DNA from: Octopus vulgaris
Lineage: Eukaryota
Reading direction: 5' to 3'
NCBI GenBank assembly: GCA_951406725.2
Contig: OX597820.1
Location: forward strand, 28,830,001-28,894,000
DNA: 64,000 nt
Translations under genes and position numbers: made by a program
Notes under the pieces: generated by a model
Seen by the model: only the letters and a program-made list of their open reading frames with translations
Told to the model about the DNA's origin: nothing
Databases searched by the model: none
Shown here: positions 13,263-28,577 of the stretch, one piece after another
Position numbering within the stretch: position 1 is the first letter of the stretch
Layout: each line of letters starts with the position of its first letter

Positions 13263-13594
13263 GAAGGTGCATGGCTCAGTGGTTAGAGCGTCGAGCTCAC
13301 GATCGTGAGGTTGTGAGTTCGATTCCCGGACCGGGCTTCGTGTTGTGTTCTTGAGCAAGACACTTTATTTCACGTTGCTCCAGTTAACTCAGCTGTAGAA
13401 ATGAGTTGCGACATCACTGGTGCCAAGCTGTGTCGGCCCTTGTCTTTCCCTTGGATAACATCAGTGGTGTGGAAAGGGGAGGCCGGTATGCATGGGCGAC
13501 TGCTGACCTGCCAAAAATATGCCTGGACTTGTACCTCGGAGGGTAACTTTCTAGGCGCGATCCCATGGTCATTCATGACCGAAGGAGGTCTCCC
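13263..13594 (+). mobile_element. Full-length tRNA-derived SINE, family B (CORE-like central domain)
   Basis: A box TGGCTCAGTGG, B box GAGTTCGATTCC, then GTTGTGTTCTTGAGCAAGACACTT; closely similar along its length to 41844-42185. Confidence 0.85.
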
Positions 13595-13620
13595 AATTTA
13601 CTTCTACTACTATCGTTCTA

Positions 13621-13915
13621 CATGGCCTAGTGGTTAGAGCAGCGGACTCACGGTCGAGGGATCGCGGGTTCGAATCTCAGACCGAGGGATGTGTGTGTTT
13701 ATGAGGAAAACACCTAAGCTCCACGTGGCTCCAGCAGAAGGTAATGGCGAACTTCTGCTAACTCTTTCGCCACAACTTTCTCTCACTCTTCCCTCCTGCA
13801 TCTTGCAGCTCACCTACGACGGTCCGGCGTCCCGTCCAGGTGGGGAACCGATACGCCAAGGAAACCGGGAAACCGGCCCTTATGAGCCAGGCATGGCTCG
13901 AGAAGGAGCAAACAA
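13621..13915 (+). mobile_element. tRNA-derived SINE, family C
   Basis: CATGGCCTAGTGGTTAGAGCAGCGGACTC...GGTTCGAATC; same family as 49940-50172. Confidence 0.8.
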
Positions 13916-14554
13916 TGTAAGTACAACACAGTGGTTGTAATTGACGGAAATCTATCTATATTACTTGTGACTATGATTGTAAGCGATTTTTTGTTTGGTA
14001 ATTGTGTACATAAACTATTTTCTGCTTCTTATAGGTTATCACCTTCATCGGAGAAAACGACTGTTTTGAGAGATTTCTTAAATTCTTAATGTCAGAGCTG
14101 AATATATTTAAAAAATTGTGTATTGGTTGTCTAGTATGTCTAAGAGGTAGGAGATATGATTCGAAAATGTCCTACCTCTTTGGAGGTAGGTCATTTTCTT
14201 GACATATTTGAAGTGAAATACACTGCCTTTGCACAATTAATTTTGAAAAGGATAAAAGTATTTAGGAAACAGTTTTCTTTATTAAGTTGATATTTGGAGT
14301 ATAATTCAATATAAGATTTTGACGGAAGATTATATTTTAGATAATGTTTAAGAGAAGATATTTGCATTATGCAACTAGATGTGGGCTGATAGGAAAAGGG
14401 TTAAGGTTTGAGAGAGGGTTGGTCTTTCACTGGTCTGGTATTTATATCATAGTGTTCTGTAGCTGTTTTCACTTTCTCAGCATCGTTAGAAAATCTCTTT
14501 CAGCGCATGCGCTTGCATACGTCATCCACATTCCTAATAGCTCCTTTCTGTAAT

Positions 14555-14710
14555 ATATTTCTTTACTATCCACAGGGGGCTAAACATAGAGGGGACAAAC
14601 AAGGACAGACAAAGGGAGTAAGTCGATTACATCGACCCCAGTGCGAAACTGGTACTTTATTTATCGACCCCGAAAGGATGAAAGGCAAAATCGTCCCCGT
14701 AGCAATTTGA
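14555..14710 (-). mobile_element. SINE family D, 3' part
   Basis: Reverse complement of the CTTTCATCCTTTCGGGGTCGATAAA...GTACCAG body seen at 49451-49670. Confidence 0.75.
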
Positions 14711-15366
14711 TGGAGTCTAAATATTTACTCGAAATTATTCGTATTATAGATCCATATTCGGAGAGAAGTGACAGAACCAGTTGAATGACAGACAAAATAC
14801 CTTCTGGTATTGATTAACGGGCTTTATCGTTTTGAGCTCAAATCTCACGAAGCCAAACCTGCCTTTATAATAAAACTAAACTCCATTCAGTTTTAGTTGA
14901 CAGAGACTTGTACACATATTTCGACTGAGATTTACTTTGATCCAATATGAAAATTACAAGAATTAAGTATAATCCATTGGATATAGTAGCTGACCTGTAG
15001 CCTGTGGAGTTCATGACATCAGTAATGTCAGCATCACTGCAGCTGAATGCATATACATAGCATATATATAAGACCTAGGTATAAGAGCCAACAGCCGAGT
15101 CCACTTATCTGCGAGTAGACATTGTAGGTAGTATAGCTTTTCAGTTGTTAACATACTGAGACGTCTTCAATCCGTCGGCCAAAGAAATGTGTCAGACCAG
15201 AATATAATCCAGGAAAATATTTGTTTCTTATTTGCTTAACGCCATAACAACTGTGTTTTAGCAGCGACCGAATGGGCTTTTGCAATTCAGTATAGATTGG
15301 CTTCATATACGTCATACGTACATACATATAAACACATATACATATATACATACATACATACATACA

Positions 15367-15453
<87 letters not shown>

Positions 15454-15454
15454 G

Positions 15455-15640
15455 CTTTTACACTCTGTAACTTGTTTCAGTCACTTGACTGCGGTCATGC
15501 TGGAGCACCGCCTTTAGTCCAACAAAACTACCCCAGGACTTATTCTTTGTAAGCCTAATTCTATCGGTCTCTTTTGCCAAACCGCGGTTGTCAAGCAATG
15601 TTGGGGGGACAAACGCAGACACACAAACATACACACACAT
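15455..15640 (-). mobile_element. SINE family A, 3' half
   Basis: TTGTTTCAGTCA.TTGACTGCGG.CATGCTGGAGCACCGCCTTTAGTC, repeated many times in the window. Confidence 0.75.
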
Positions 15641-15761
15641 ACACAAACACACATACACACACACACACACATATATATACAGTATATACAGATAGATAGA
15701 TAGATACATACATACATACATACAAAAATACATACATAGGTAGATAGATACATACATACAC

Positions 15762-15853
<92 letters not shown>

Positions 15854-16018
15854 GAGAGGGATCATCGATCATATTTATTTTTATTATGTATGTTGATTAC
15901 GTAATATATAAATGATGCTGCTTTTTCTCCATTGAAACAGCTGTGAGAGACAAACTGTGTATCATATAAAATTTACTCTTTTCTTCACCTATTCTAAATA
16001 TGTACCTACACACGGACA

Positions 16019-16182
<164 letters not shown>

Positions 16183-18489
16183 CATTCAAATGTGTATGTG
16201 CATACACATGTGTATACGTATGAGTGTGTGTACTTATCAACTGCGTAGCAAATTATGTAGAAATGGCAATTATGCAACTGAAATATTACATTACACTGTT
16301 GACAACCAACTTGTTTAAATATTCGTAACTGCAGTAGCAAACTGATTTAATGCAGTCAAAAATAAAGGAAAGGGATTATTTGGCCTGAAAACTCTATTAC
16401 CATAAAAACAGATTGTGCAATAAAGCACAATAATGTACTCTTCTCTTAATATTTGCTAAGAAACAACACCATGTATGCTTGTGTAAATATTCTCTGAAAG
16501 TCTTATCCCATAATCGATAGATACGCTGTATATAAATGAACCAATAAAGTGACTAACCAGCAATATACGTCGTAATGTAAAGAAGTGCGGAATCTCAACG
16601 GTTCGAATTACGATTAAAATCGAGCAAACTTCTTCTAAATCTCACTTGGAATATTTTAAGAGAATTGCATCGTGGAGGTAATAGACACCCATTTGACTGA
16701 TATATGAGGAGCTGTTCTCAATAATGGCTATCTTGATGAAGAGAAAGCGAAGAAGCCGTACATTACAAATACGTTCCCGTCGTGAGTGTCAAAAGAGAAC
16801 GATTTTATTCCATGAAACTGAATACGTTAGCAGAATGCTACAGGGTCGTTACAAATGCTTTGTGATATGAATGAAAAGAAATAAGCTTGAATTTATTTGT
16901 ATATGAAGGAAAAATTGCAAATACAAAATACTCCCACGGACTGCGTTAACAAAAATCTGTTAAAGTGCTATGGCCTTGAGAAGAAGTAAAAGTATTCTGA
17001 CCTTAAAATACATCTCGCGATTCTTCATGTTTAATGCATATTTCGAAAGTTATCAATTCATATTGCGTTTTATCTTTCATTTAATTTTTATGGCCTTGTC
17101 GCATGATTAAGAGAAGGTTCTATGATTATTCTGAGAGAGCCTCCAAGGTTGGTTTAAAGCAAATAATCCTCTATTAAGAGATCGTTCCTAAATACTTAGA
17201 ACAGAAATAGTGCCGTTAAAGATACACAGGAGCAAGCTTGCAGTGTTAAACCGGACGATACGTTAAATATATCATTCTAAGACTTCTATATCTTGAACCC
17301 ATTAGGGAATTACATATGGCCACATCCGTTATATTGCTGATATTCTTATTTCAGTCATCACGAGTGAAAACGAAGGCCATAATCCCAACTTAATGCAAGA
17401 TTATTACCGAGGAGTAACAGATTTCAACTAAATTCCCCGATCATCATATTTTCTTTTTATATCACAGACATTTCCACTGCCTAACGTATGACCTATAATA
17501 GGTGAAGCTGTGATAAACATCTTTAAGAAAGATACAAACTCCTAGCAGAGGCATTCATTATAAAAGTCAAAACCTCTTATTTTTAAATCTGCCATATATT
17601 ATTCTTATTTGGTTCACTTCCACCGTAATAACATGTGATGCCTTTCAGATTTTGTCGATTGTTCATTAAATTCGATATAGAGTACCCTATAGATTATTTT
17701 CTTTGCTAGATGTCTTTATGAAAATACCAAACGAAGTAAAACACGTACCATAATATCTGCAGAAAGATTACGCGTTAGGAGATATTTGTCAATTTTAAAC
17801 GGGACTTAACTACTAACGGTGTATGTCCCTACATTAAAAGCAACATTAATGGAATGGAAGATAAATGTAACAATGTTAAAAGAAAAACAAAGACATCCGT
17901 TTACAAGAGACTTTCTAATGTCTTGCTACTAAATTGAACAGGAGAAAAGGAATGAGAAAATTAATTACTATGATAACAAAATGAATAAATAATAATGATA
18001 TCCTGCTACTTCAAAATCCCACAATCACGCAACAAGCAGAATACCGTTGATATCACATTTGCATTATTCAAAGAATTTGGTTTATGATACCCTCGTTTGG
18101 GAAATTTCCCTTTGTAATACAATTTACTTCTCGAAGATATATTTAACCGATTTCGAGAGATTCTACGCACTGGACACATGACTCATTATACGCACTAATT
18201 ATATACATTACATACACGCTTTCACGCCTAATTATATACATTGATATACGTCGAATTATTGAGGCAGCCTCTAAGTGCTCACACAAATTGCTAGATGAAG
18301 CAGCAAATAAAAATTCAGAAAGCCTTCTAGTTTTGAGATCACCATTGTTATGCAATCTTCCTAATGAATTCTGAAGTAAACGGATGTATAACTAGGAATC
18401 TACTTACAGTACTGCTTCGGAAAATATAGTCTCAATCTCAGAAAAATTCTATCCTTTATTTCTTATTTATCCAAAGTACGAGTCATTTT

Positions 18490-18600
18490 GTAAAGAAATA
18501 GTCTGGTCTATAATTTTCTTCCTTTTCACAACCATATAACAACATTTATCCTGACCAAACTTCAGCCGTGCATCCTTTGAGAATACTGTAACATGTTGAG
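18490..18600 (-). mobile_element. R4/Dong-like RT fragment
   Basis: VTVFSKDARLKFGQDKCCYMVVKRKKIIDQT, homologous to 31318-31400; abuts (CATA)n. Confidence 0.6.
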
Positions 18601-18964
18601 GCTCTTTTGTATGTATGTATGCATGTATGTATGTACGTATGTATGTATGTATGTATGTATGTATGTATGTATGTATGTATGTATGTATGTATGTATGTAT
18701 GTATGTATGTATGTATGTATGTATGTATGTGTGTATATTACTCAACTTATATATGCTCGTACCATTGTTGTAATATTGTGTAAATTCATTATGTAAAGAA
18801 TACTTGGCAGAATATCGAATGTTGACCAAGCACTTCCATGGCCAGGTGTGATTCTCATATGCCAGACATAAATATTTATAATTGTTTAGATTAAACCAAC
18901 ACACAGTCAAAGATTAATAATAAAAGTTATATCAGGTTGTCTGACCTTATACATACATACATAC

Positions 18965-19050
<86 letters not shown>

Positions 19051-19569
19051 ATGTATGTGAGCGCGTATTTGTTGTCGTCTATTGATAGTTTATGAATATT
19101 TTATAGTCTCACTCAGTTAGACGCTTGCGTGATTCTATTAACCAGATAATGAAAACGTCCTCAGTTTCAGCACACGGGTGGCAAATGAAGGTATGGATGA
19201 ATAAATGAGTAAATAAATAAATGAATTATAAATGAATGAATGAATGAGCGAACGAACTTATAGATGCCGTAATAAATGACTGTATTCACCTGATATACGT
19301 GTCAGCATATTAAAACCTCATGTCAATATTCATAGAAATGTATGCCTTCATGCATCTACAATACTAAACCCTTATCTGTCTACTCTCTTTCTCTCTATCT
19401 CTATCTCTTCATATCTGAATGTGTTTGTGTATGTATGTATGTATGTATGTATGTATGTATACATACATGCATATGTATGTATGTATACACACGTACATTC
19501 ATACATATATACATGCATGTATGCATGTGTGTTTATGTGTGTATGTATGTATGTATTTGTCTTTTTTGT

Positions 19570-20375
<806 letters not shown>

Positions 20376-20732
20376 GTACTTTGAAGTTTTACATGGAGAA
20401 ATGCAACAGTGAAGTTTCGGCTTGCTCTCTACAGTACGTTGGTTGAGACTGCGGAGAGTTTGTTGTTAGCATGGAATCATTTGAAACAGAAGGCAATTAT
20501 GACAACAGTAGCAATATAGGACATGGCTACTTTGAAGATGCCAGAGAGGTAAAGTCAGGGGATGGATAAAAAAAAGTGTGATATCTCCAAGGTGACGTGA
20601 ACACAGGCACAGATGAACTAGAGATTAGCAAGACTTGGGGAATCAGTCAACAATAAGCCTGAACAAAAAAGACATACTACCGTCGAAGATAATTTCATGC
20701 ACTTATGGTGAACTGACATTTATCGCATATAG

Positions 20733-21265
20733 CAGGGTTTCTTAACCTTCTTTTACCTATGGACCCCTTTGTTTCATATTTTACTAGGGTGGATCCCCAT
20801 AGACATTCAGTGTTTAAAAATTCCTATTGTATTTTTATTATTAAATCTTATTGTGGAGACTCATGGCTTAGTGGTTAGGGTGTTGGACTCATGATTATAA
20901 GATTGTGGTTTCGATTCCTGGACCGGGCGACGCGTTGTCTTCTTGAGCAAAACGCTTCATTTCACATTGCTCCAGTCCACTAAGCTGGCAAAAATGGGTA
21001 ATCTTGTGACGGACCGGCATCCTGTCCAGGTGGAGAATTTTTACATCATGGAAACCGGGAAGCCAGCTCTTATGACTCGCGAAGGTAGCGTCTTTTTTTT
21101 ATCTAATTAAATATTATTAGGACTTTATAAATATTGTTAAAATATTTTGTGTATTGTGAATGTATAACGAATTTATTTCACATTAACTTTACTGGTCTAA
21201 ATTACAGTTTTGTTATGGTCCCTGAAAAATTACTGCCAACCCCACAAAATCTTACATGGACCCCG
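20733..21265 (+). mobile_element. Probable hAT-type non-autonomous element interrupted by a SINE
   Basis: Terminus CAGGGTTTCTTAACC with repeated ATGGACCCC subterminal motifs; the SINE inside has an apparent TSD ATTAAAT(C/A)TTATT. Confidence 0.5.
20855..21100 (+). mobile_element. tRNA-derived SINE (family B head, family C-like tail)
   Basis: TGGCTTAGTGGTTAGGG...GGTTTCGATTCC; CTTGAGCAAAACGCTTCATTTCAC; tail GGAAACCGGGAAGCC. Confidence 0.75.
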
Positions 21266-22477
21266 GCATATATAGTCTCTATCCAAGATTGTTTGCGACA
21301 ACATACGAAGCTCTACGCACCTTCACAGATGATGTAAGGATACAACACCTTCCCGCTTTTCAACACTTCTTTAACAGCTACCCTTAAGCGAAGGCTACGG
21401 AGTTGCTGCTAAGAAAGTATCACCAATACTCAAGGTATTGCGGAAGTTCTTACTACAGTCAACGCATTTTGGGGGTGCTCACTACAGTTTACCACTATGT
21501 GAAATATCATCGAATGAAAGGAAAAAGAGATTTCGATAAAAAAAGTTATACCAATATATCCATAATTTTTTTTAAATCTTTGGTTCGTATGAAACTGCTT
21601 GGCTGTGTTGACAATTAGTTCAAACTTGGAGAATTTCTAAAATAAAAGAGCTCAGAAACAGCATTTAAAATAACGTTATTAAAACAAATAATTTTAGGTC
21701 CACTGTAACGGTGTCGTGTCCAGCATTGATTTTATGCGTGATTCTACGAAGAATCTTTTTCAGGCCGAAGGTTCCAATGCAATGGTGTTTTAACCCACCT
21801 CGAGTTCACGTGTGATTTTAGCACTTTTAGATTAGGTTTTCAGTTATATTTTCTGATCAATATGACGTTGGTGAAAGTGTATTCAGTAATCATATGTACT
21901 GTCATTGAATATATGGTGATATACATCTTCCTAAACATATAATTTATTGGTGCATAACACGAAGTTAACTTATATTAGGTAAGAAACCCCATGTCTTCAC
22001 TCTGCAAAAAATCAATGAATGAATAAGCATTTTACAATGAAAATGTGACAAGATTTGCAAGAATACTTGTTATTTTTTTGAAATATGAATGGCAATTGTG
22101 CGAAATCCTCTTAACATAGACAGCAATATACATAAAGAAAACAGCGATTATTCATGAATTCCTACGCATGAACTCTCAGATATATTTTAGTATATTTTGT
22201 GAATCTCGTTTCCCCAAGAGATTATTTATAACATAACAGTGCTAAGAAAATATGAGCATTTTATGGTTACCTCAATGAGATTCTGTTGGCGACAGACGTA
22301 ATGATCAGTTAACTCACTGAGACGAATTATTCGATACTGTATCGATAATAATGCATGGTACTAACAAAAATGTGATTGGTATGTTTCAATAATTCGTTAC
22401 TTTTGTATTGTAGGCTGTTACATAAAAATTACATATTTATTATATCATTCTTCCTATGTATTTACCTATCTATCTAC

Positions 22478-22575
<98 letters not shown>

Positions 22576-22726
22576 GTGTATATATTTGTCTGTTTGTCTA
22601 TGTATTTCTCTCTCTTTTTCTTTCTCTCTCACTCTCTTTCTTTATCTCCCTCTTTCTCTCTCTCTTGTCTTTCCCTCTCTTACCCTCTTTCTATATATAT
22701 AAATATATAAATAGATATGTATATAT

Positions 22727-22758
<32 letters not shown>

Positions 22759-22876
22759 GGAGAGAGAGATCGCTGTAATGACGTAGATGTGTGTATTTAT
22801 ATGTGCACTTGTGTATATGGGTACATTATAGGTGAGTATATATTTATATGCATGCATATATGTATATGTATGTATG

Positions 22877-22913
<37 letters not shown>

Positions 22914-23631
22914 GTATATATATATACATATATATACATACATATGTATATAAGTATATATACATACATACATATATATATAATCAAAATAAGCAACAAG
23001 TATATCCAAGGTAGAGTTCAATTGTTTCATGCTACTTCATTTTATTAAACACTGTAAGTATTACATCAGTTTTAAAATGTCGAGCAATCTTCAGCCACTT
23101 ATAGAATTTTCCAATCAAACGGACAATGCACATTCTTATCCCTATTTCATTTGCCAACATTATAAAGAGGGTAGATATATAGACAGAGAGGTTGATTTCA
23201 TTCTTAAGAACATGATAGTAGTATATACACTCGCTGACTGTAGATTTTATCATTGAGTTCACATTGTTATTTAGATCTGTCAGTGGGGAGGTGGGGAGGG
23301 GGTTTTATTTTTGGTTGGATGGAGACAAAGAATTTTTTCTATTTATAGATATAGGAAGCGGTAGTACAAATGTCAAAACCATCAACCCATTCCCATTTTG
23401 AGGAATTCAGTTTAGATATGTATTATAGCAAAAAGCTAGCAGGTTGAAGTTAGAGGAGTAGGGGGAACATAGACTACTAGTGCTCTAGAGGTTTACAATG
23501 TCCCTTACCATTTAACATCCAGACGCTATATTAAGAAATTTCAGTAAATATCCTTTAGATAATTTTCTAAAGGATTTCAATAAATATTAGTTTTTTTATC
23601 GGGATAGAAAATGTAGAAATCATTTCATATC

Positions 23632-24118
23632 TATATAAATATATATATCCATTTCTATAAATATATAATCATAATTAGCCAGTAAATGGTGATTTGTTTT
23701 ATTAATGAGTCGAATTAAAAGATGTTAGACATAATATTTACTAACAGTGGAAAAAAACTTCATAAATTTAACATATATCAGGAGTCAATAAGATATATTA
23801 AAAAGTAATGGAAGGGAGGTAATCAATATGAACCAAGTAATTTCTCTAGATATATAGAGATTTTTGCAATAATTTCCTATTTATATAAATATATATATAT
23901 ATCCATTTCTATTAATATGCAATCATAATTAGCTAGTAAATGGTGATTTCTTTTATTAATGAAACGAATTAAAAGAATATGTTAGACATAATATTTACTA
24001 ACTGTGGGTAAAAACTTTATCAATTTAGTAAATATATCAGGAGTCAATAAGATATATTAAAAAGTAATGGAAGGGAAGTAATCAAGATGAACCAAGTAAT
24101 TTCCCTAGATATATAGAA
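23632..24118 (+). repeat. Tandem duplication, two ~230-255 bp copies, inside an AT-rich decayed element
   Basis: ATATCAGGAGTCAATAAGATATATTAAAAAGTAATGGAAGGGA and flanks occur at ~23775 and ~24033. Confidence 0.85.
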
Positions 24119-24284
24119 TTTTTTTCTATCCTATATTAGGAGAGTATCAAAAAAATTCTAATTTTATTATATTCAGATTTATATATATAATGAAATTTCT
24201 TAGTAATCTATGCAGGTTAAATAAAAACTAGTATGGTATATTAATTTTTCATTTGGTTACAAAATATTAGGATTTGAAAATTTA

Positions 24285-24318
<34 letters not shown>

Positions 24319-24464
24319 TTATACAAATAAGGATAAGATCGTTATTTAAATACCGATCTCATCAGGTGGCCAGCGTGGGAATAAAAACCTTCAAATATTA
24401 ATAGTTTTAATTTTAATAATAATTATACATACATACATACACACACATATACGCACGCACGCAC

Positions 24465-24558
<94 letters not shown>

Positions 24559-24704
24559 TTATATAGAAGGAGCTTCACAGGACTAGAACTGTTTCATTCA
24601 AGAGAAATCTTCAGGAAGCCCATTAATTCAGGAATGAATTAATTTTACTCTGCTATGTATTGAGTACCTTATTTACTGTGGTTAACCCCGAATCAACCGG
24701 GACC

Positions 24705-24746
<42 letters not shown>

Positions 24747-27093
24747 CGTATATTTTCACACACGCACACACATACACACACACAAATATATATCTGTCTT
24801 TTTCCTGTCTCCACTGGTGTGAATACCAAATAGTCTGATTTACCGGATTAGTCAATCGTCATATAACGGTGCTTTCTCTTATTTGGAAACATTTATTAAA
24901 AACAATAAAGCATTTGACCGTGTCTAGCTTTAAAATCTCTCAGGTTACTTGCTCATCTATACACTCCATCTCTTCTCTACCTCATAACATTTTGATTACC
25001 AATTCCATCTTAGTCTGCATCCAGATCTATTATACCTCAGAGTTCATTTTGGCTACCTCACTTGTTCGTCTACAGAATAGCCACCAAATTATTTCTAGTT
25101 AATTGACAATATATTTAATAATACAACGCATTTTACATATACATTAATGCTAATGTAATATATGCTAATATATTTCACAATTTATAACTCATGTTAATAC
25201 TCCTAAAAATACATCTTATAAGGCGGCGACTTAGCAATGCATTTAGAACGTCGGCTACATTATTTTGCGTTTTTCTTTCTAGCTTTCTGCAACCTAGATT
25301 CAAATCCTACCGTGGTCAACGTAATTGTCATCCCTTGGGTGTCGCTAACTAAGATACCACTCTTGTACCAGGCTCGATTCTCCACCCCTTCTGCAATCAT
25401 TCTATCTGAGAGATATCGGCCGTAGTCAGACCTGAAGAGGAGTTGGACTCTGCCAGATTTAGACACCCAAGTTACGCCGTATATCTGACGGCACACAAAT
25501 GACTCCACCAGGAAGTTTGATCTCAAAGTATTATCACCCTCCCCCTTTAATCTTCTTTATCGAGACATCCGGTGGCGTGTGCTTCCCGTGGCAGCCCTTC
25601 ACATGCCCACATTCCCCTACCAAGCCTATTCAAATTTTTACAGCAGACACAAAAGTACCGGCCCCATTAAAACATCGCCTCACTTCCTCACGGTACACAA
25701 CATGTTAGTTGACTCAACATCAGTGAGGCAACAGCCACAAATAGAAATAAAATATTGACTTTCACAAAATAATCTAACCCCACCACACGCACAAAAAAAA
25801 ACTAGAATTTCTGATCCTTGCATGCTTTGATCATAACCTAACATATAAATTTGACAATACTTCATCCTAGACTTTTTCTTCAAGGTTAAAAAATACTCTA
25901 ACTGCTAACATTTACTGACTATTTACAATGCCCAAGTAAAAGTTATTTTGAAATATCCTCACAAACGGAACGACGTGAATGCCCTATACATCGACATATG
26001 ATAGATTACATAGAAATGAAGTAATTTCCATTAATTGCCAAAGATCAAATCAACAACAAAGACCGGTTAGTAAATTAGTTTTCGTTGTTTAATCTTCCAA
26101 ATCTTTTCCACTACAGTTGGATGCCTTCTTTCTTTTCGCATAATTAATCTGTATGTAAACCCTAAGAACATTCTCTTTATTCTTTCGATTCCTAATCTTC
26201 TAACATTTTATGAAAAAATAAAAGAAATATTCTATGAATTTTCTATGAAAAAAAGACATATTCTATGAATTTTCTCCGTATTGTAATTATTTCCATGTTT
26301 AAAAAAATATTTCAGTTCATTAAATAACTCACGAGTTATGGTATGCTGATAATTTCTAAAAAGAATGAAATAGTACGATGTAACCAACAGTATTCAGCAA
26401 CAAAAAAAATTTGAATTCAATGCATCATTTTTGCTTATAATTCCTTAATTTTGATTTATATATTCTAATCCTTCATCATACTACGACGAAATTATTATCT
26501 CCCTTGTAATACTTGGGACTGATAGTGAAACCAGGTGTCGTTAAAATATAAATACATAAATTGTTGCAAGATCAGGTGAGCTGCTTTAATGTCTTTTCCC
26601 AGGATAAACTCAACAAATGAAGATAATCAGAATGACGCATCGGATCGCAGAAACTTCTAAGACCATATTTGCTGTTATTTTGAAGTACCTTATCAGATAT
26701 TGCATTGTACACGTTATTGAAACACTCAAGTGATTACCAGAAAGTGCATTAATATGTTATTAGATCTTCAGTGGTTCTGCGGTTCAACATAGCAATCTAG
26801 TGGTCTGATAATTCTAACAAAGCCAAAATAATGCCCTGGGCATTAGGCTTCCTCTTGAAAACCAAAGTGTACTTCAGCTTCACAAAATATTTGAATCTCT
26901 AGAAAATTCAAGTGGGGCTCGCAACGGAATGTTACTCACCCATCTCGGACAGTTGGCTTGCTATGCAAATAAACGTCTTGGACTCCATCCGAATGAAATC
27001 CAATGAGCTGAATAACAAAGACTCACCTATTTACTCCAACTTTTGCTGACAGATACCCAGGTCTAACAATACTCCCTCCTCTTCTGCGCTAGC

Positions 27094-27775
27094 CTACGAG
27101 GCAACCGCGACGAAATGATCTGCTGGAAATGACTACCAAATTTCCTTCAACCTATAGTCTATCCCAATAATAGCCACTGAGAAGACTAACAGGATCTAAC
27201 TTAACAACACTCACTGATCGCAAGCCCAATCTACTTTTCCTACAAGTACATCATTAGCCTCCACCTCACAACTAATCTACGAGGCAACCCTTAAATAATT
27301 TCCTTCAAACAACAGTATATTCCAATAATAGCCACTGAGAAGATTCGTAAGGTCTAACTTAACAACACACTCCAAGTCCTATATACTTTTTCTACAAGTA
27401 CTTCACTAACCTCTCCGCCTCAGAACTAACATACGAGGCAACACAACTAACCTACAAGGCAACCGTTAAATAATTTCCTTCGGACTATAGTCTATCGCTA
27501 TAATAACCACTGAGAAGATTAGCAAGAGCTGACTTAACAACACACTTCAGACTCAAGTCCAATCTACTTTTTCTACAAGTACTTCATTAGCCTCCGCCTC
27601 AGAACTAACCTACGAGACAGCCATTAAGTAATTTCCTTCAAATTATAGCCTATCCCGATAATAGCCACTGAGAAGATTAGCAAGGTCTGCGTTAACAACA
27701 CACTCCAAGCCCAATATATTTTTTTTCTACAAGCTCTTCATGAGCTTCTCTGCCTCAGAGTTAACCTACGAGGTA
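27094..27775 (+). repeat. Tandem repeat, about 4 units of ~155-185 bp
   Basis: Recurrent TAATTTCCTTC, AATAATAGCCACTGAGAAGA, TTAACAACAC, CTACAAGTAC and CTACGAG blocks. Confidence 0.9.
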
Positions 27776-28532
27776 AGCTTTAAGTAATCGTTAGTGATGC
27801 TAGAAATAACAGCCAAATCTCCCTCAAATCATATCCGTACCGTCTTACAAAAGGACTTGTTAGATAATTTATTCCTTGTATTCCTACACATAAGAAACAA
27901 GACAACATGGTCCAAGATGGATTTCTTTTAATCGTGAGTCTGTCACATCAAACGGGTTACTTTTGATCTTAAATCAGCTACATCAGAACCTAGGACTAAT
28001 GAAGACCATCATCATTCACAACAAAAATGACGACGGTGACTACGACGGCGACATCAGTTGTAAATCAAAATGTCGTCTACTTCACTGAACTAAATATCAA
28101 CAAACATCTTCTATCAAGTTCCACCGGACATAATCTGGCCTTTCTTTACAACTCGTTTCTCAGCTACCGAACTTACCGCACTCCCTTCTTTCAACAAATT
28201 GCATTCTTAACTGTAGATGTGATAACAGTATCCAAGTAATCTGTAACCTGAAATATTGATAAACGATGGCATTTTCTTTCTCTTTCTACCTTTTATCTGT
28301 TGCTTGTGTCAAGCATAAAACAGCGGCCATGTTGAGGTATAGATTTCAAGGTTTTTCCTGAAAGAAACAACACCATTACTTACATTTTACGTCTGGTACA
28401 TATTCTATCGGTGTCTTTTGTCCTGTCACTAAGTCACCAGGACATAAACAAACTAATACCTGTTAGCGAGCAGTAGTGGTCAATCAGACAAACACATACA
28501 TACACACACACATATTTATGTATATTTATACG

Positions 28533-28577
<45 letters not shown>

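Larger units (their letters stand above)
12790..14345 (+). repeat. Diverged direct duplication (~12790-13200 vs ~13938-14345) bracketing two SINEs
   Basis: Shared collinear blocks TTGACGGAAATC, ATAAACTATTTTCT, AAATTCTTAATGTCAGAGCTGAA and TAATTTTGAAAA. Confidence 0.65.

Noticed and set aside
13263-13340. tRNA-like sequences with A and B boxes (also at 13621, 20855, 34625, 41844)
   Set aside because: They continue into shared SINE bodies and lack a proper acceptor stem, so they are SINE heads, not tRNA genes
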